64,000 bases of DNA from an uncultured Acidobacteriota bacterium (GTDB lineage Bacteria; Acidobacteriota; UBA6911; CAINFC01). Of the stretch, positions 37,327 to 47,357 are shown one piece after another. Position numbers and translations under genes: made by a program. Every line of letters starts with the position of its first letter. The stretch's first letter is position 1. Location of the stretch: contig CAINFC010000322.1 in the NCBI GenBank assembly GCA_903847975.1, forward strand, positions 12,405 to 76,404, given 5' to 3'. Below the pieces are notes generated by a model. That model did not search any database. It had not been told where the DNA came from and saw only the letters and a list, made by a program, of their open reading frames with translations.

Positions 37327-37406
37327 AGCCCCGTCGGGCGGCGCGGAGCATGAAGAGCAGAGAAGAAAACCTGAGTAGGGAACAATCGATAGAAAGGCAA
37401 AAAGCA

Positions 37407-38129
37407 ATGAGCACCAACGGCAACCGACTGATTCACCTGGAAAAAGTAACCAAGGTTTTTCTGACCGACGAAGTGGAAACCCACGCCCTGTCCGGCATCA
37501 ACCTGGAAATCCGCCAGGGGGAGTTCCTGGCCATCGCCGGCCCCTCGGGCTGCGGCAAGTCCACGCTGCTTTCCATTCTGGGCCTGCTCGATTCGCCCAC
37601 CGACGGAGCCTACCGGCTGAACGGAACGTCGGTGGAGGGCCTCAAGGCCGCGGAGCGGGCCCGCATCCGGAACCGGGAGATCGGGTTCATTTTCCAGGCC
37701 TTCAACCTGATCGGGGACCTGACTGTTTATGAAAATGTGGAGCTGCCCCTGACCTACCGGGCCATGCCGGCCGCGGAGCGGAAGAAGCGGGTGGTGGAAG
37801 CCCTGGAGAAGGTGGGGATGTCCCATCGCATGAAGCACTACTCCTCGCAGCTATCCGGCGGGCAGCAGCAGCGGGTGGCGGTGGCCCGGGCCCTGAGCGG
37901 CAACCCGTCGGTCCTGCTGGCCGATGAGCCCACCGGAAACCTGGATTCGGCCAACGGGGAAGTGGTCATCGACCTGCTGCGGGAGCTGCACCGCCAGGGC
38001 GCGACGATCTGCATCGTCACCCACGACCCGCGGTATGCGGAATGCGCCCAGCGCACGGTTCACCTTTTCGACGGGCAGATCGTGGATGAGAAAGTCCGCG
38101 TTCCGGCCGCCGCTGCCTCGTTGTACTAG
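37407..38129 (+). CDS. ABC transporter ATP-binding protein (MacB/LolD-like)
   Basis: GPSGCGKST, LSGGQQQRV, LLADEPTGNLD, VTHD. Confidence 0.97.
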   Translation: MSTNGNRLIHLEKVTKVFLTDEVETHALSGINLEIRQGEFLAIAGPSGCGKSTLLSILGLLDSPTDGAYRLNGTSVEGLKAAERARIRNREIGFIFQAFNLIGDLTVYENVELPLTYRAMPAAERKKRVVEALEKVGMSHRMKHYSSQLSGGQQQRVAVARALSGNPSVLLADEPTGNLDSANGEVVIDLLRELHRQGATICIVTHDPRYAECAQRTVHLFDGQIVDEKVRVPAAAASLY

Positions 38130-38141
38130 GAGGGTCCTGCC

Positions 38142-40565
38142 ATGAGCGGCCTGCGATCCGACCTCCGGTACGCGGTGAGAGTTTTTCGAGCCCACCCGGG
38201 GATTTCCCTGGTGGCCCTGGTCTCCTTTGCCCTGGGGATCGGCGTTTCCTCCACGATTTTCAGCCTGGTGGACGGCATGTACCTCCGGCCGCTTCCGGTC
38301 CGCGATCCGTCCGGCCTGGTCTGGGTCAGCAGCCTCAGCTCCGAAGGGCGGCACAGCGGACTGGCCTGGCGGGACTACCTGGAGGTGAAAAAGGCCCCCG
38401 GTATTTTTTCCGACGCAGCGGTGCAGAATCGCCGGGGAGGTCGGATCGAAAGCCCGGGAGAGCCGGAGACGGTGCTGGTCACCGTCGTTTCCGACAACTA
38501 TTTCCCGATGCTTGGCGTGGCGGCCTCGCGGGGCAGGCTGTTCGAGGCGGGCGAGGGCTCGTCCCCGGCGGCGGACGGCGGACTGGCCATGGCTGTCAGC
38601 GACAGCCTCTGGCGGCGCCGGTTTTCCTCCGACCCGGCCCTGGTGGGCAAAAGCGTGCGGATGAACGGCCGCCCTTTCACGGTGGTCGGAATCCTGCCCC
38701 CGGGATTTCAGGGGCTGGACCGCTCCCTGCAGAACGATGTGTGGGTCCCGGTCCGCACCTGGCGGGCGATCGGCAACCAGAAGGAATTCGAAGAAAGGGG
38801 CAGCGGGCAGTTTGAGGTCCTGGGCCGGCTGCAGGGAGGAGTCGCCCTGGACCAGGCGCGCTCCCGCCTGGAGGCGCTCGACGGCCTTTTGCGGAAGGAA
38901 AACCCGGAGGCGTACCGCAACCGCCGGCTGGCGGCGGCCACCGAGGCCGAGCGCCAGAACCGCCGCGGGACCAATCCCGGCACGCTGCTGCTGGCCATTG
39001 TCGGCCTGGTGGTCCTGATCGCCTGCTCCAACGTGGCCATCCTGCTTCTGGCCCTGCGGGAGACGCGCCACCGGGAAATCAGCATTCGCCTGGCGGTGGG
39101 CGCTTCGCCCGGCCGCCTGGCCCGGCAGCTCCTGGCGGAAGCCGCGCTGCTGGCCCTGGCCGGCACGGCGCTGGCGCTGCTCCTTTCCGGGTGGATGATA
39201 CCCCTGCTTCCGGCCCTCCTGCCGCCCGGGCCGGGATTCACCCACTACGATATCCGGCTGGATCTCAGGGTCCTGACGGTGTCCCTGCTGACCGGCGTCG
39301 CTTCGGTCCTGCTGGCCGGGGCCAGCCCGGCGCTGGGAATCCTGCAGGTCGACCTGATGGAAACGCTGCGGGGGAGGGAGTCGGACCGCAAAGCCGGCCG
39401 GCTGGGCCGCTCCCTGCTGGTGGCCGGCCAATCCGCTCTTTCGGTGGTTCTTTTTACTGCCGCCGCCCTTCTGGCGCAGAGCTTTCTGCACAGCAGCCGG
39501 CAGCCCCTGGGACTGGACCGCAATAAAGATGTCCTGGTACTGTTCGGCATCGACCAGGGCCCCCGGGACCGGGTTTATTCCAACGCCGAAGAGGCGGTCC
39601 GGCGGCTGGGCGCCCTGCCGGGCGTGCGGCGCGCTGCCTTTTGCCGGAGATCTCCTTTCGGCTCCTCCGGGAGCGGGGCGGTGCGCGAGGTGGTGCTCCC
39701 CGACCGCGCCACCTCAGCCGATGACGGCCTCATGCGATTGCGATACAACCAGGTGAGCCGAGACTACCTGGACACCCTGGGGATCCGGGTTCTGAGCGGC
39801 CGGCCTTTTTCGGAAGCCGACATGAATGCCGGCGCCCGGGTCGTGCAGATCAACCGGACGATGGCCCGGCAGTTCTGGCCATCGGGAGACGCCCTGGACC
39901 GGTATATCCTGGTGGATAAAGTCCGCACCCGGATTGTCGGCGTCGTGGAAGACGGAGTAATCGGCAAAATCCACGAAGCGCCGGAGCCGTTCCTGCTTTT
40001 CCCCTTTTCCCAGGCGCCGGTGAATGAGGTCACCTTCCTGGTGGAAACCGCGCAAAAGCCGGATGCGCTGCTCAGCTCCGTCCAGGCGGAACTGCGGTCC
40101 GCGCATCCGAACCTGGCTCTGCTGATGAGCGGCACGCTGCAGCAGCAGCTGCACGATGCGCTTTACGGGGACCGGATCCCGGCGGTTCTTGCGGCCGCCA
40201 TCGGGGTGCTGGGCATGTTCCTGGCCGCCGCGGGCCTGTTCGGCGTGGTGCTGCAGGGCGTCCAGCGCCGCATGCGGGAAACCGCGGTGCGCATGGCTCT
40301 GGGGGCCCTGCCGAAGGATATTCTCTGGCTGGTGTTGCGCCGAGGGCTTCTGCTGGCCGGAAGCGGGGCGGCCGCGGGTGCGGTCGCCTCCCTGGCCTGC
40401 GGGCGGCTGATGTCCGGCCTGCTGCACGGCGTGGAGGCCCACGACCCGCTGGCCCTGGGGCTGGGCATTGCCGCGGTTCTGCTGATGGCCGTCGCCGCCA
40501 GCCTCTACCCGGCCTGGAAGGCCATGCGCGCCGATCCGGGAGAGCTGCTGCGCGCCGAAGCGTAA
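38142..40565 (+). CDS. ABC permease, duplicated MacB/FtsX type (ADOP-like)
   Basis: DLRYAVR...HPG, two periplasmic domains, REISIRLAVGA and RETAVRMALGA repeats, C-terminal P...A.RADP...LRAE. Confidence 0.93.
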   Translation: MSGLRSDLRYAVRVFRAHPGISLVALVSFALGIGVSSTIFSLVDGMYLRPLPVRDPSGLVWVSSLSSEGRHSGLAWRDYLEVKKAPGIFSDAAVQNRRGGRIESPGEPETVLVTVVSDNYFPMLGVAASRGRLFEAGEGSSPAADGGLAMAVSDSLWRRRFSSDPALVGKSVRMNGRPFTVVGILPPGFQGLDRSLQNDVWVPVRTWRAIGNQKEFEERGSGQFEVLGRLQGGVALDQARSRLEALDGLLRKENPEAYRNRRLAAATEAERQNRRGTNPGTLLLAIVGLVVLIACSNVAILLLALRETRHREISIRLAVGASPGRLARQLLAEAALLALAGTALALLLSGWMIPLLPALLPPGPGFTHYDIRLDLRVLTVSLLTGVASVLLAGASPALGILQVDLMETLRGRESDRKAGRLGRSLLVAGQSALSVVLFTAAALLAQSFLHSSRQPLGLDRNKDVLVLFGIDQGPRDRVYSNAEEAVRRLGALPGVRRAAFCRRSPFGSSGSGAVREVVLPDRATSADDGLMRLRYNQVSRDYLDTLGIRVLSGRPFSEADMNAGARVVQINRTMARQFWPSGDALDRYILVDKVRTRIVGVVEDGVIGKIHEAPEPFLLFPFSQAPVNEVTFLVETAQKPDALLSSVQAELRSAHPNLALLMSGTLQQQLHDALYGDRIPAVLAAAIGVLGMFLAAAGLFGVVLQGVQRRMRETAVRMALGALPKDILWLVLRRGLLLAGSGAAAGAVASLACGRLMSGLLHGVEAHDPLALGLGIAAVLLMAVAASLYPAWKAMRADPGELLRAEA

Positions 40566-40622
40566 AGCGCCTTGCATCCAGCCGGTCTTTCTCTTAAGAT
40601 CCATCCAACAGGAGAATCATCC

Positions 40623-41993
40623 ATGAAGGAATCGACGGTTTCTTTGCCGCGGGTGCTGATTGCCGACGACCAGGCCGATGTTCTGCAGGCCCTGCGCCTG
40701 CTGCTCAAGACGGACGGATTTGTCACCGAACCGGCCTCCTCGCCGGCCGGCATTCTGCGCGCCCTGGAGTCGGCGGATTTCGATGTGGTCCTCATGGACC
40801 TGAATTACGCCCGCGACACGACTTCCGGCCAGGAAGGGCTGGACCTGCTGGCCACCCTGCGCGGCCTGGACCCGCACCTTCCGGTGGTGGTGATGACCGC
40901 CTGGGGAAGCATCGAGCTGGCGGTGGAGGCCATGCACCGGGGAGCGCGCGATTTCATCCAGAAGCCGTGGGACAACGCCCGGCTGCTGAGCATCCTGCGC
41001 ACCCAGGTGGAGCTGCGGCGCGCCCTGCGGCAGAGCCAGCGGCTGGAGGCCGAGAACCGCTTCCTGCGAACCGAGGGAACCTCGGAAATCATCGCCCGCT
41101 CGCCGGCCATGCTGCAGGTGCTGAGCGTCGTTCACCGCGTGGGACCCTCGGAAGCCAACGTGCTCATCACCGGCGAGAGCGGGGTGGGAAAAGGGGTGGT
41201 GGCCCGGGCCCTGCACCAGGTTTCCCGGCGCTCCCACCGCTCCCTGGTCACGGTGAATACCGGCGGCCTTTCCGAGGGAGTATTCGAAAGCGAGCTGTTC
41301 GGCCACGTCAAGGGCGCCTTCACCGACGCCCGCAGCGACCGGGTGGGTCGCTTCGAGCTGGCCGAAGGCGGCACGCTGTTTCTGGACGAAATCGCCAACG
41401 TGCCCCTGGGCCAGCAGGCCCGGCTGCTGCGCGTCCTGGAGACCGGGGAGTTCGAGCGGGTAGGCTCCTCGCGGACCCAGAAATCGGACGTCCGGGTGGT
41501 TTCCGCCACCAACGCCGATCTGTCGGAGGAGGTGCGCGCCGGTCGCTTCCGCGAGGATCTGCTGTTCCGCCTGAACACCATCGAAATCGCCGTGCCCCCC
41601 CTGCGCAGCCGGAAGGAGGACATCCTGCCCCTGGCCACGCACTTCCTGCGGCAGCACGCCCAGCGCTATCGCAAGACCCTGGCCGAATTTGAGCCGGCCG
41701 CGGTGCAGGCCCTGATGAACCACCCCTGGCCGGGCAACATCCGCGAGCTGGACCACGCCGTGGAGCGGGCGGTGCTGATGAGCCAGGACCGGATGGTGCA
41801 TGTCGCCGATCTGTCCCTGCGGCAGGCCAGGGAGGCGGGAAACCGCATGGAGGAGATGAGCCTGGAAGAAGTGGAGCGCTGCCTGATCCAGAAGGCCCTG
41901 GCCCGGCACAGCGGCAATGTCAGCCAGGCGGCCGAAGCCCTGGGGCTGAGCCGCAGCGCCCTTTACCGCCGGCTGCAGCGCCACGGGCTGTGA
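40623..41993 (+). CDS. Sigma54-dependent response regulator (NtrC family)
   Basis: REC; TGESGVGK, ESELFGH.KGAFTDA, LFLDEI, FREDLLFRL, WPGNIREL; Fis HTH. Confidence 0.97.
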   Translation: MKESTVSLPRVLIADDQADVLQALRLLLKTDGFVTEPASSPAGILRALESADFDVVLMDLNYARDTTSGQEGLDLLATLRGLDPHLPVVVMTAWGSIELAVEAMHRGARDFIQKPWDNARLLSILRTQVELRRALRQSQRLEAENRFLRTEGTSEIIARSPAMLQVLSVVHRVGPSEANVLITGESGVGKGVVARALHQVSRRSHRSLVTVNTGGLSEGVFESELFGHVKGAFTDARSDRVGRFELAEGGTLFLDEIANVPLGQQARLLRVLETGEFERVGSSRTQKSDVRVVSATNADLSEEVRAGRFREDLLFRLNTIEIAVPPLRSRKEDILPLATHFLRQHAQRYRKTLAEFEPAAVQALMNHPWPGNIRELDHAVERAVLMSQDRMVHVADLSLRQAREAGNRMEEMSLEEVERCLIQKALARHSGNVSQAAEALGLSRSALYRRLQRHGL

Positions 41994-42026
41994 GGTGCCC
42001 GGCTGCCGGCCGAAGAAAGGGAGCCG

Positions 42027-43331
42027 ATGCGCTATGAAAACCGCCTGACCCTGATCATCCTGGCCGGTGGATTTCCGGCCTTGGCCCTGGGCTTGTTCCT
42101 GCTGTGGACCCGGGCCGGCTCCTCCTCCTGGGCCGCCGCGGCGGGATGGCTGGCCGCGGCGGCCTGGGTGGCCGGAGCGGCCGCGGTGCGGCGCCGGCTG
42201 GTGCACCCGCTGCGCACCCTGGGCGGGCTGCTGGCCGGGCTGCGGTCGGGCGACTACTCGGCCCGGGCCCGGGTCGGAAGCCGGGACGATGCCCTGGGAG
42301 AGCTGTTTTACGAGGCCAACGCCCTGTGCCAGAGCCTGTCGGAGCAGAGGCGCAATGCGGTGGAGGCTACCGCGCTGCTGCGCACGGTCATGGCGGAGAT
42401 CGACGTGGCCGTATTCACCTTTGACGGAGAGAGGCGGCTGACCCTGGTTAACCGCGCCGGGGAGAATCTGCTGGCCCGCCCCGCGGCGCAGATCCTGGGC
42501 AGGGCCGCCGCAGAGCTGGAGCTGGCGGACCTGCTGGAGGACAGCCCTCCCCGGGTGATGGAGAGATCCTTTCCCTGCGGCCCGGGCCGGTGGGAGGTCC
42601 GGGTCAGTACGGTATGGGAGCGGGGGCGGGCCATGCGGCTGCTGGTGGTTCAGAACCTGACGCGGGCCTTGCGGGAGGAGCAGATTCAGTCCTGGAAGCG
42701 GCTGGTGCGCGTGCTGGGGCATGAGCTCAACAACTCGCTGACCCCGATCAAATCCATCGCCGACAGCTTGCGGACGCTGATGAGCCGGGGCGTTGCCGCC
42801 GAGGACTGGAAGCAGGACGCCGAGGACGGGCTGCGGGTCATTGCCGGCCGGGCCGATTCCCTGGCCCGGTTCCTGGAAGCCTATGCCCGGCTGGCCCGGC
42901 TTCCCCAGCCGCAGCGGAAGTCGTTTGCCGTCCGCGAGTGGATCGGACGGGTGCTTCCGATGGAGACCCGGCTGCCGGTGGAGTGGGCGGAGGGACCGGA
43001 CCAGACGGTGACGGCGGATCCGGACCAGCTCGACCAGCTGCTCATCAACCTGCTGCGCAACGCGGTGGATGCCGCGCTGGAAACCGGAGGCGGAGTGCGC
43101 CTGGGCTGGAAGATTCACCGCCGGTGGCTGGAGCTCTTCCTGGAGGATGAAGGCCCCGGGCTGCAGAGCACCGGCAACCTGTTTGTGCCCTTTTTTACCA
43201 CCAAGCCGGGCGGTTCGGGAATCGGCCTGGCCCTCAGCCGCCAGATTGCCGAGGCCCACGGCGGTCAGCTCACCCTGGAGAACCGGTCCGACCGGACGGG
43301 CTGCCGGGCCCTGCTGCGCCTGCCGCTCTGA
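42027..43331 (+). CDS. Sensor histidine kinase (NtrY-like: TM, HAMP, PAS, HisKA, HATPase)
   Basis: LGHELNNSLTPI, QLLINLLRNA, EDEGPG, FFTTKPGGSGIGL. Confidence 0.95.
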   Translation: MRYENRLTLIILAGGFPALALGLFLLWTRAGSSSWAAAAGWLAAAAWVAGAAAVRRRLVHPLRTLGGLLAGLRSGDYSARARVGSRDDALGELFYEANALCQSLSEQRRNAVEATALLRTVMAEIDVAVFTFDGERRLTLVNRAGENLLARPAAQILGRAAAELELADLLEDSPPRVMERSFPCGPGRWEVRVSTVWERGRAMRLLVVQNLTRALREEQIQSWKRLVRVLGHELNNSLTPIKSIADSLRTLMSRGVAAEDWKQDAEDGLRVIAGRADSLARFLEAYARLARLPQPQRKSFAVREWIGRVLPMETRLPVEWAEGPDQTVTADPDQLDQLLINLLRNAVDAALETGGGVRLGWKIHRRWLELFLEDEGPGLQSTGNLFVPFFTTKPGGSGIGLALSRQIAEAHGGQLTLENRSDRTGCRALLRLPL

Positions 43332-43429
43332 TTCCGGGAATGGCGTGACATGCAGCCTTTCCATGTCTGTGGGAAGACCGGCGGACCATGAACGATTTGC
43401 ATCGGCGGGTGGAAGGATCGCTTATTCAT

Positions 43430-43674
43430 GATGACTTCGCAGTATATCGTTTTTTCGTCCGGCTCTGCCGTCCCTGACGGGACTTTGCTTCGGAATAAAA
43501 GTCCTGTACCGGTTTACGCAGGGCTTGCCAAGGCCATGGCGGAGCCCAACGATACGATATCCGCTATCACGCCCCGTGTGCCACACATGCAAGTCCCGCA
43601 AGGGACGACAAGAGTATAGCCCCGGCACGTGAGGGCCGGGTCGGGTCGGGGGTAACCCAAGTCCCATCGGGACG
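43430..43674. mobile_element. Palindrome-rich miniature element, family B, copy 2 (followed by a family A fragment at about 43688-43720)
   Basis: Shares blocks ATCGTTTTTTCGTCCGG, CCAAGGCCATGGCGGAGC, AAGTCCCG.AAGGGACG, CCCGGCACGTGAG.GCCGGG and AACCCAAGTCCCATCGGGACG with 27142-27455. Confidence 0.75.
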
Positions 43675-43763
43675 TCATATCATTATCCGCCTTCTTCCCG
43701 ATCTTCCCGTCTTCCTGTGTAAGCGGGTGCCGGAGGATGAAATTTTTCACCTGCTTCCCCTAT

Positions 43764-43801
43764 AAAAAAGGGGGGCGATGCCTAACGGCACCAGCCCCCC
43801 C
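43764..43801 (-). terminator. Rho-independent terminator of the Gfo/HEAT operon
   Basis: Minus strand GGGGGG.TGGTGCC-GTTA-GGCATCGCCCCCC followed by TTTTTT. Confidence 0.7.
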
Positions 43802-43833
43802 ATGGAGGATAATCCGATCTACCGCTGTCCGGC

Positions 43834-45858
43834 CTATTTCTTCTTTTTCTGGGCCAGCTGCTGCTTGATGGAATTGACCGCCAGCTGGGCCTCCTCAGCC
43901 ACCGACTTGTCCTTCAGCTGCGATTGGGCTGTCTTCAGCGCATCCTTGGAGGCATAACGCGGCAGGGCGCCGATAAGAGTTTTCTTCTCTTCGGGCTGGC
44001 TGGCAAGGGCCAGTGCCTGGTTGAGCATTTTTACCGACTCTGCAGGCTTGCGCTTGGAGGCGGTGCGGCCCATGGTGTTGACCAGGCCGCGAAGAGCCAG
44101 AACCTTGTGCGCCGGCACGTTGGCCTGACGGGCTACGGCCAGCATTTCTGCCGGCAGCGCGGGGTCGTTCCAGGTGGAGAGCCCCAGGATGGCGGCGCGC
44201 TTCACTTCGGCGTTGCTGTCCTTCAGCGCTTCTTTGAGAACTCCCATCGCCGCCGCGTTATTGGTGTCCGCCAGCACGGTGATCAGGCTGGCCCGGATTT
44301 CCGGGTCGCTCTGCTGCTTCAGGGCCGCAAGCAGCGTATCGATCTTCACGTCCGGGTACCGGCGCAGGATTCCCGAAAGAGCCCTCTCCGTTTCCGTGCG
44401 CAGCGTGGAGGTCTGGGAGGAAACCAGCAGGGAAAGCAGCTCGGGAAATTCGGCAGGGCCGGCCAGATCCCGGGCGACGCGCAAGGCTTCCCGGCGCACC
44501 TGGCTTTCTCCTTCCTTGGCCAGCTGCAGGACGTTATGCACCGCCCCTTCGGCGCCGCGCTCGCCCATGGCCCGGAGCAGTTCTACCTTCACCTTGGGCT
44601 CCGCCCCGGCAATGGCGTTCGAGATGGCAGAGTTCACTTCCGGATTGCGAAGCCGCGCCAGGCTCTGGCGTGCGGCCACCTGCTCTTCGTTGCTGGTACG
44701 GGCGGCAATCTCGGCCAGCGGACGCACGCAGGCGGCATCTCCGCTTTGAATCAGCCCGGACATGGCCGCCATGCGGACGTCGGCGCTTTCATCCTTAAGG
44801 GCGGCGGTCATCTTTTCCCGAACGGCCGCATCCTTGCTGCCCGACAGCATGGTCAATACCACCGCCTTCTGGCGGGACGGCAGGCCCGGATAGCTCTGCA
44901 GAAGCCGCTGGGTCGGATCGGCCTCGGGGATGGCTGCCAGCAGCCGGATGCTCTCCGCCTGGATGGCCGCCTCCTCTTTTTCCAGATTGGCCGTCAGCAG
45001 GGCCACCGCCTGGCCGGGATCGGCGGCGGCATAGCCGCGCAAAGCTGCCAGGCGCGCTGCCACAGGCTGACCGGGAACGGTCAGCAGGCGGTACTGATCT
45101 GCGGCCTGGCTTTTCTTGCCCTCCTTGAGGAGCGAATCGATGCACAGCAGGTAGGCATCCAGAGCCGCTTGTTGCACCGCACCGGAAGCGGAGGTCCGGA
45201 TCCGGTCGAGAATGGTCAGGGAGGTCATCCCGGCAATCTTACCCAGTGCGGAAACGGCAGCGATGGCCACCGCCGGACTGGAGCTCTTGGCCAAGCCTTC
45301 CAGGGCGGGCAGGGCCTCCGCATCGCGGCGGTTTCCCAGGGAGTTGATCAATCCTATTTTTTCCGCTTCGGCCGCATCGCTCAGATGTTTGCGCAAGGCA
45401 CCATTGGCGGCCGGTCCCGGAATGCGCTCCAGGGCATAGCGGGCCACATTGGAGGTGTCCGGGGAAACCAGCATGGATTCCAGCACGGGAACAGACTGGT
45501 CCGTGCCGATCAGGCTCAGCTGGCGGCAAAGAAAATCGCGTCCGCTGTTGGTCGGCCGGGATTGGAGGGAGGCCAGCAGCTGCTTTTCGGCTTCCCGGGC
45601 GGTGCCGGGATCCGATTGGGCCTGCAGGAGCAAATCGGCTACCAGGGTAAGTGGCTCCCGGCTCATCCCATAATCATACTGGACGACCTTGGGCAGAGTC
45701 TTGGTCAGTTTTTTAATCAGAGCTGGCCCGGTCAGTTTTTGCGCAGCGGCCTGCCCGGACACCGGAAGGGTGGCAACGGCTGCTGCCAGAAGGAGGATGC
45801 CGGTCATAAGCAGCGCCCGAAGGCGAAGTTGGGATCCAAGTGTTTTCATTGGCTTCAT
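43834..45858 (-). CDS. Secreted HEAT/PBS-lyase repeat protein
   Basis: ATG 45858 with AAGGAA RBS; signal peptide; repeated alpha-solenoid units (ARYALERI, LINSLGNRRD, VRMAAMSGL, VRREAL, VKRAAILGL). Confidence 0.88.
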   Translation of the reverse strand: MKPMKTLGSQLRLRALLMTGILLLAAAVATLPVSGQAAAQKLTGPALIKKLTKTLPKVVQYDYGMSREPLTLVADLLLQAQSDPGTAREAEKQLLASLQSRPTNSGRDFLCRQLSLIGTDQSVPVLESMLVSPDTSNVARYALERIPGPAANGALRKHLSDAAEAEKIGLINSLGNRRDAEALPALEGLAKSSSPAVAIAAVSALGKIAGMTSLTILDRIRTSASGAVQQAALDAYLLCIDSLLKEGKKSQAADQYRLLTVPGQPVAARLAALRGYAAADPGQAVALLTANLEKEEAAIQAESIRLLAAIPEADPTQRLLQSYPGLPSRQKAVVLTMLSGSKDAAVREKMTAALKDESADVRMAAMSGLIQSGDAACVRPLAEIAARTSNEEQVAARQSLARLRNPEVNSAISNAIAGAEPKVKVELLRAMGERGAEGAVHNVLQLAKEGESQVRREALRVARDLAGPAEFPELLSLLVSSQTSTLRTETERALSGILRRYPDVKIDTLLAALKQQSDPEIRASLITVLADTNNAAAMGVLKEALKDSNAEVKRAAILGLSTWNDPALPAEMLAVARQANVPAHKVLALRGLVNTMGRTASKRKPAESVKMLNQALALASQPEEKKTLIGALPRYASKDALKTAQSQLKDKSVAEEAQLAVNSIKQQLAQKKKK

Positions 45859-45914
45859 TTCCTTGTCTTTGATAAATTCCGATTGGTTGGATGGTCCGAA
45901 TTGATTCCTGCCGG

Positions 45915-47240
45915 TCATATGTGCCAGGGGCTGCGCATGGGGCGGGACAGCAACCGGCTGGCTTGGGGATCATCCAGGAGGGTCTCGGTGTCCGGATCCC
46001 AGCGCAGCTTGTGGCCGGTCTGCATGGCGATCTGCCCCAGCCATCCGGGGGTCGCGGAGCGGTGTGCGGTTTCCGCCGGGCAAAGAGGCACCGCGCGGGT
46101 TTTGACGCATTGGATGAATTCCGCAAAGTGGCTGGGGGAGCGATACAGCTGTATTTCGCCCGGGCCGATTTTCTCCCGCAGCAGGCTCTTGGGATTGGCG
46201 TCCATGCCGCTGCGGTCCACCCAGACCCAGCCGCGGTCCCCGATCCATTTGGTCCCGCTCTTTATTTCCGGGTAGCCCCCGGCCAGCTTCATGGTGATTC
46301 CGTTGCGATAGCGGGTGTGAACCATGTAGCGGGTGGCCGTATTCCAGAGCCCGCTGCGGGGATAGGTTCCCTGTCCCTCGACTTCGATCGGTCCGGTCCG
46401 GTCCAAATCCAGGCCCCAGTGGGCAATATCCAGGTGGTGCCCAACCCAGTCAAGGACCTGGCCGCCGCCGTAATCGAGGATCCAGCGCCAGTTTTTGTGC
46501 ACCCGTGCGGGACAGTACGGAGCCCAGGGGGCCGGCCCCAGCCAGCGGTCGTAGTCCAGGACAGGCGGCGGGGGGCCGGCCTGTTCCTGTCCGGCGGTCC
46601 GGCCGAAGTCGGTGTGCCCCTCCGGCAGGCCCACTTCCACTTTCTGCACCTGACCGATGCGCCCGTTCCGGACCAGCTCGCAGGCAAAGCGGAAATGGCT
46701 CTGGGACCTTTGCCAGCTGCCGGTCTGCCAGACGCGACCATAGCGCTTCACCGCATCGCAGATGGCTTTTCCTTCCGTCCAGTTATGCGCCAGGGGTTTC
46801 TCGCCGTAAATATCCTTGCCCGCGCGGGCAGCGGCAATGGCGGGGATGGAGTGCCAGTGGTCGGGCAGCCCCAGAGAGACCGCATCGATGTCGGTGCGGG
46901 AGAGCAGTTCCTCGAAATGGTGAAAGGTGGCGCAATCCTCGTTCCCGTACTTGCGGTTGACCAGGTCCTGGGCATTCTTCAGATGGTCCTTGTCGATATC
47001 GCACACGGCGATCACCCGCACGTCGCGAAGCTCGAGAAAGGCCTCCATGTTGGACGTGCCCTGCCAGCCCACGCCGATGCAACCCAGGTTCACCCGACTG
47101 GAGGGGGAAGTCGCCCCGTCGCGGCCCAGGACCGATGCGGGCAGGAGCGTCGGGAAACCGAGGCCGGCAGCCAGGGTTCCCGCGGTTTTTTGGAAAAATT
47201 TCCTTCGGCTGGAAGGATTCGATGGTGCGGGCATAATCAT
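45915..47240 (-). CDS. Gfo/Idh/MocA family oxidoreductase with Tat signal
   Basis: AAGGAG RBS, ATG 47240; SRRKFF Tat motif; LGCIGVGWQG, PDHWH, YGEKPL, WQTGSWQRS, DWVGHHLD. Confidence 0.94.
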   Translation of the reverse strand: MIMPAPSNPSSRRKFFQKTAGTLAAGLGFPTLLPASVLGRDGATSPSSRVNLGCIGVGWQGTSNMEAFLELRDVRVIAVCDIDKDHLKNAQDLVNRKYGNEDCATFHHFEELLSRTDIDAVSLGLPDHWHSIPAIAAARAGKDIYGEKPLAHNWTEGKAICDAVKRYGRVWQTGSWQRSQSHFRFACELVRNGRIGQVQKVEVGLPEGHTDFGRTAGQEQAGPPPPVLDYDRWLGPAPWAPYCPARVHKNWRWILDYGGGQVLDWVGHHLDIAHWGLDLDRTGPIEVEGQGTYPRSGLWNTATRYMVHTRYRNGITMKLAGGYPEIKSGTKWIGDRGWVWVDRSGMDANPKSLLREKIGPGEIQLYRSPSHFAEFIQCVKTRAVPLCPAETAHRSATPGWLGQIAMQTGHKLRWDPDTETLLDDPQASRLLSRPMRSPWHI

Positions 47241-47357
47241 GCGGCTCCTTTTGGCTACGTGTAATACAACCTGCTTTTCCGGCGGGGCGCCCCGCGGCAC
47301 CTTACCGAAGAAACGAATGAAATGTAATGAAAAACGCGGCAATAATCAAGGAGAAGT

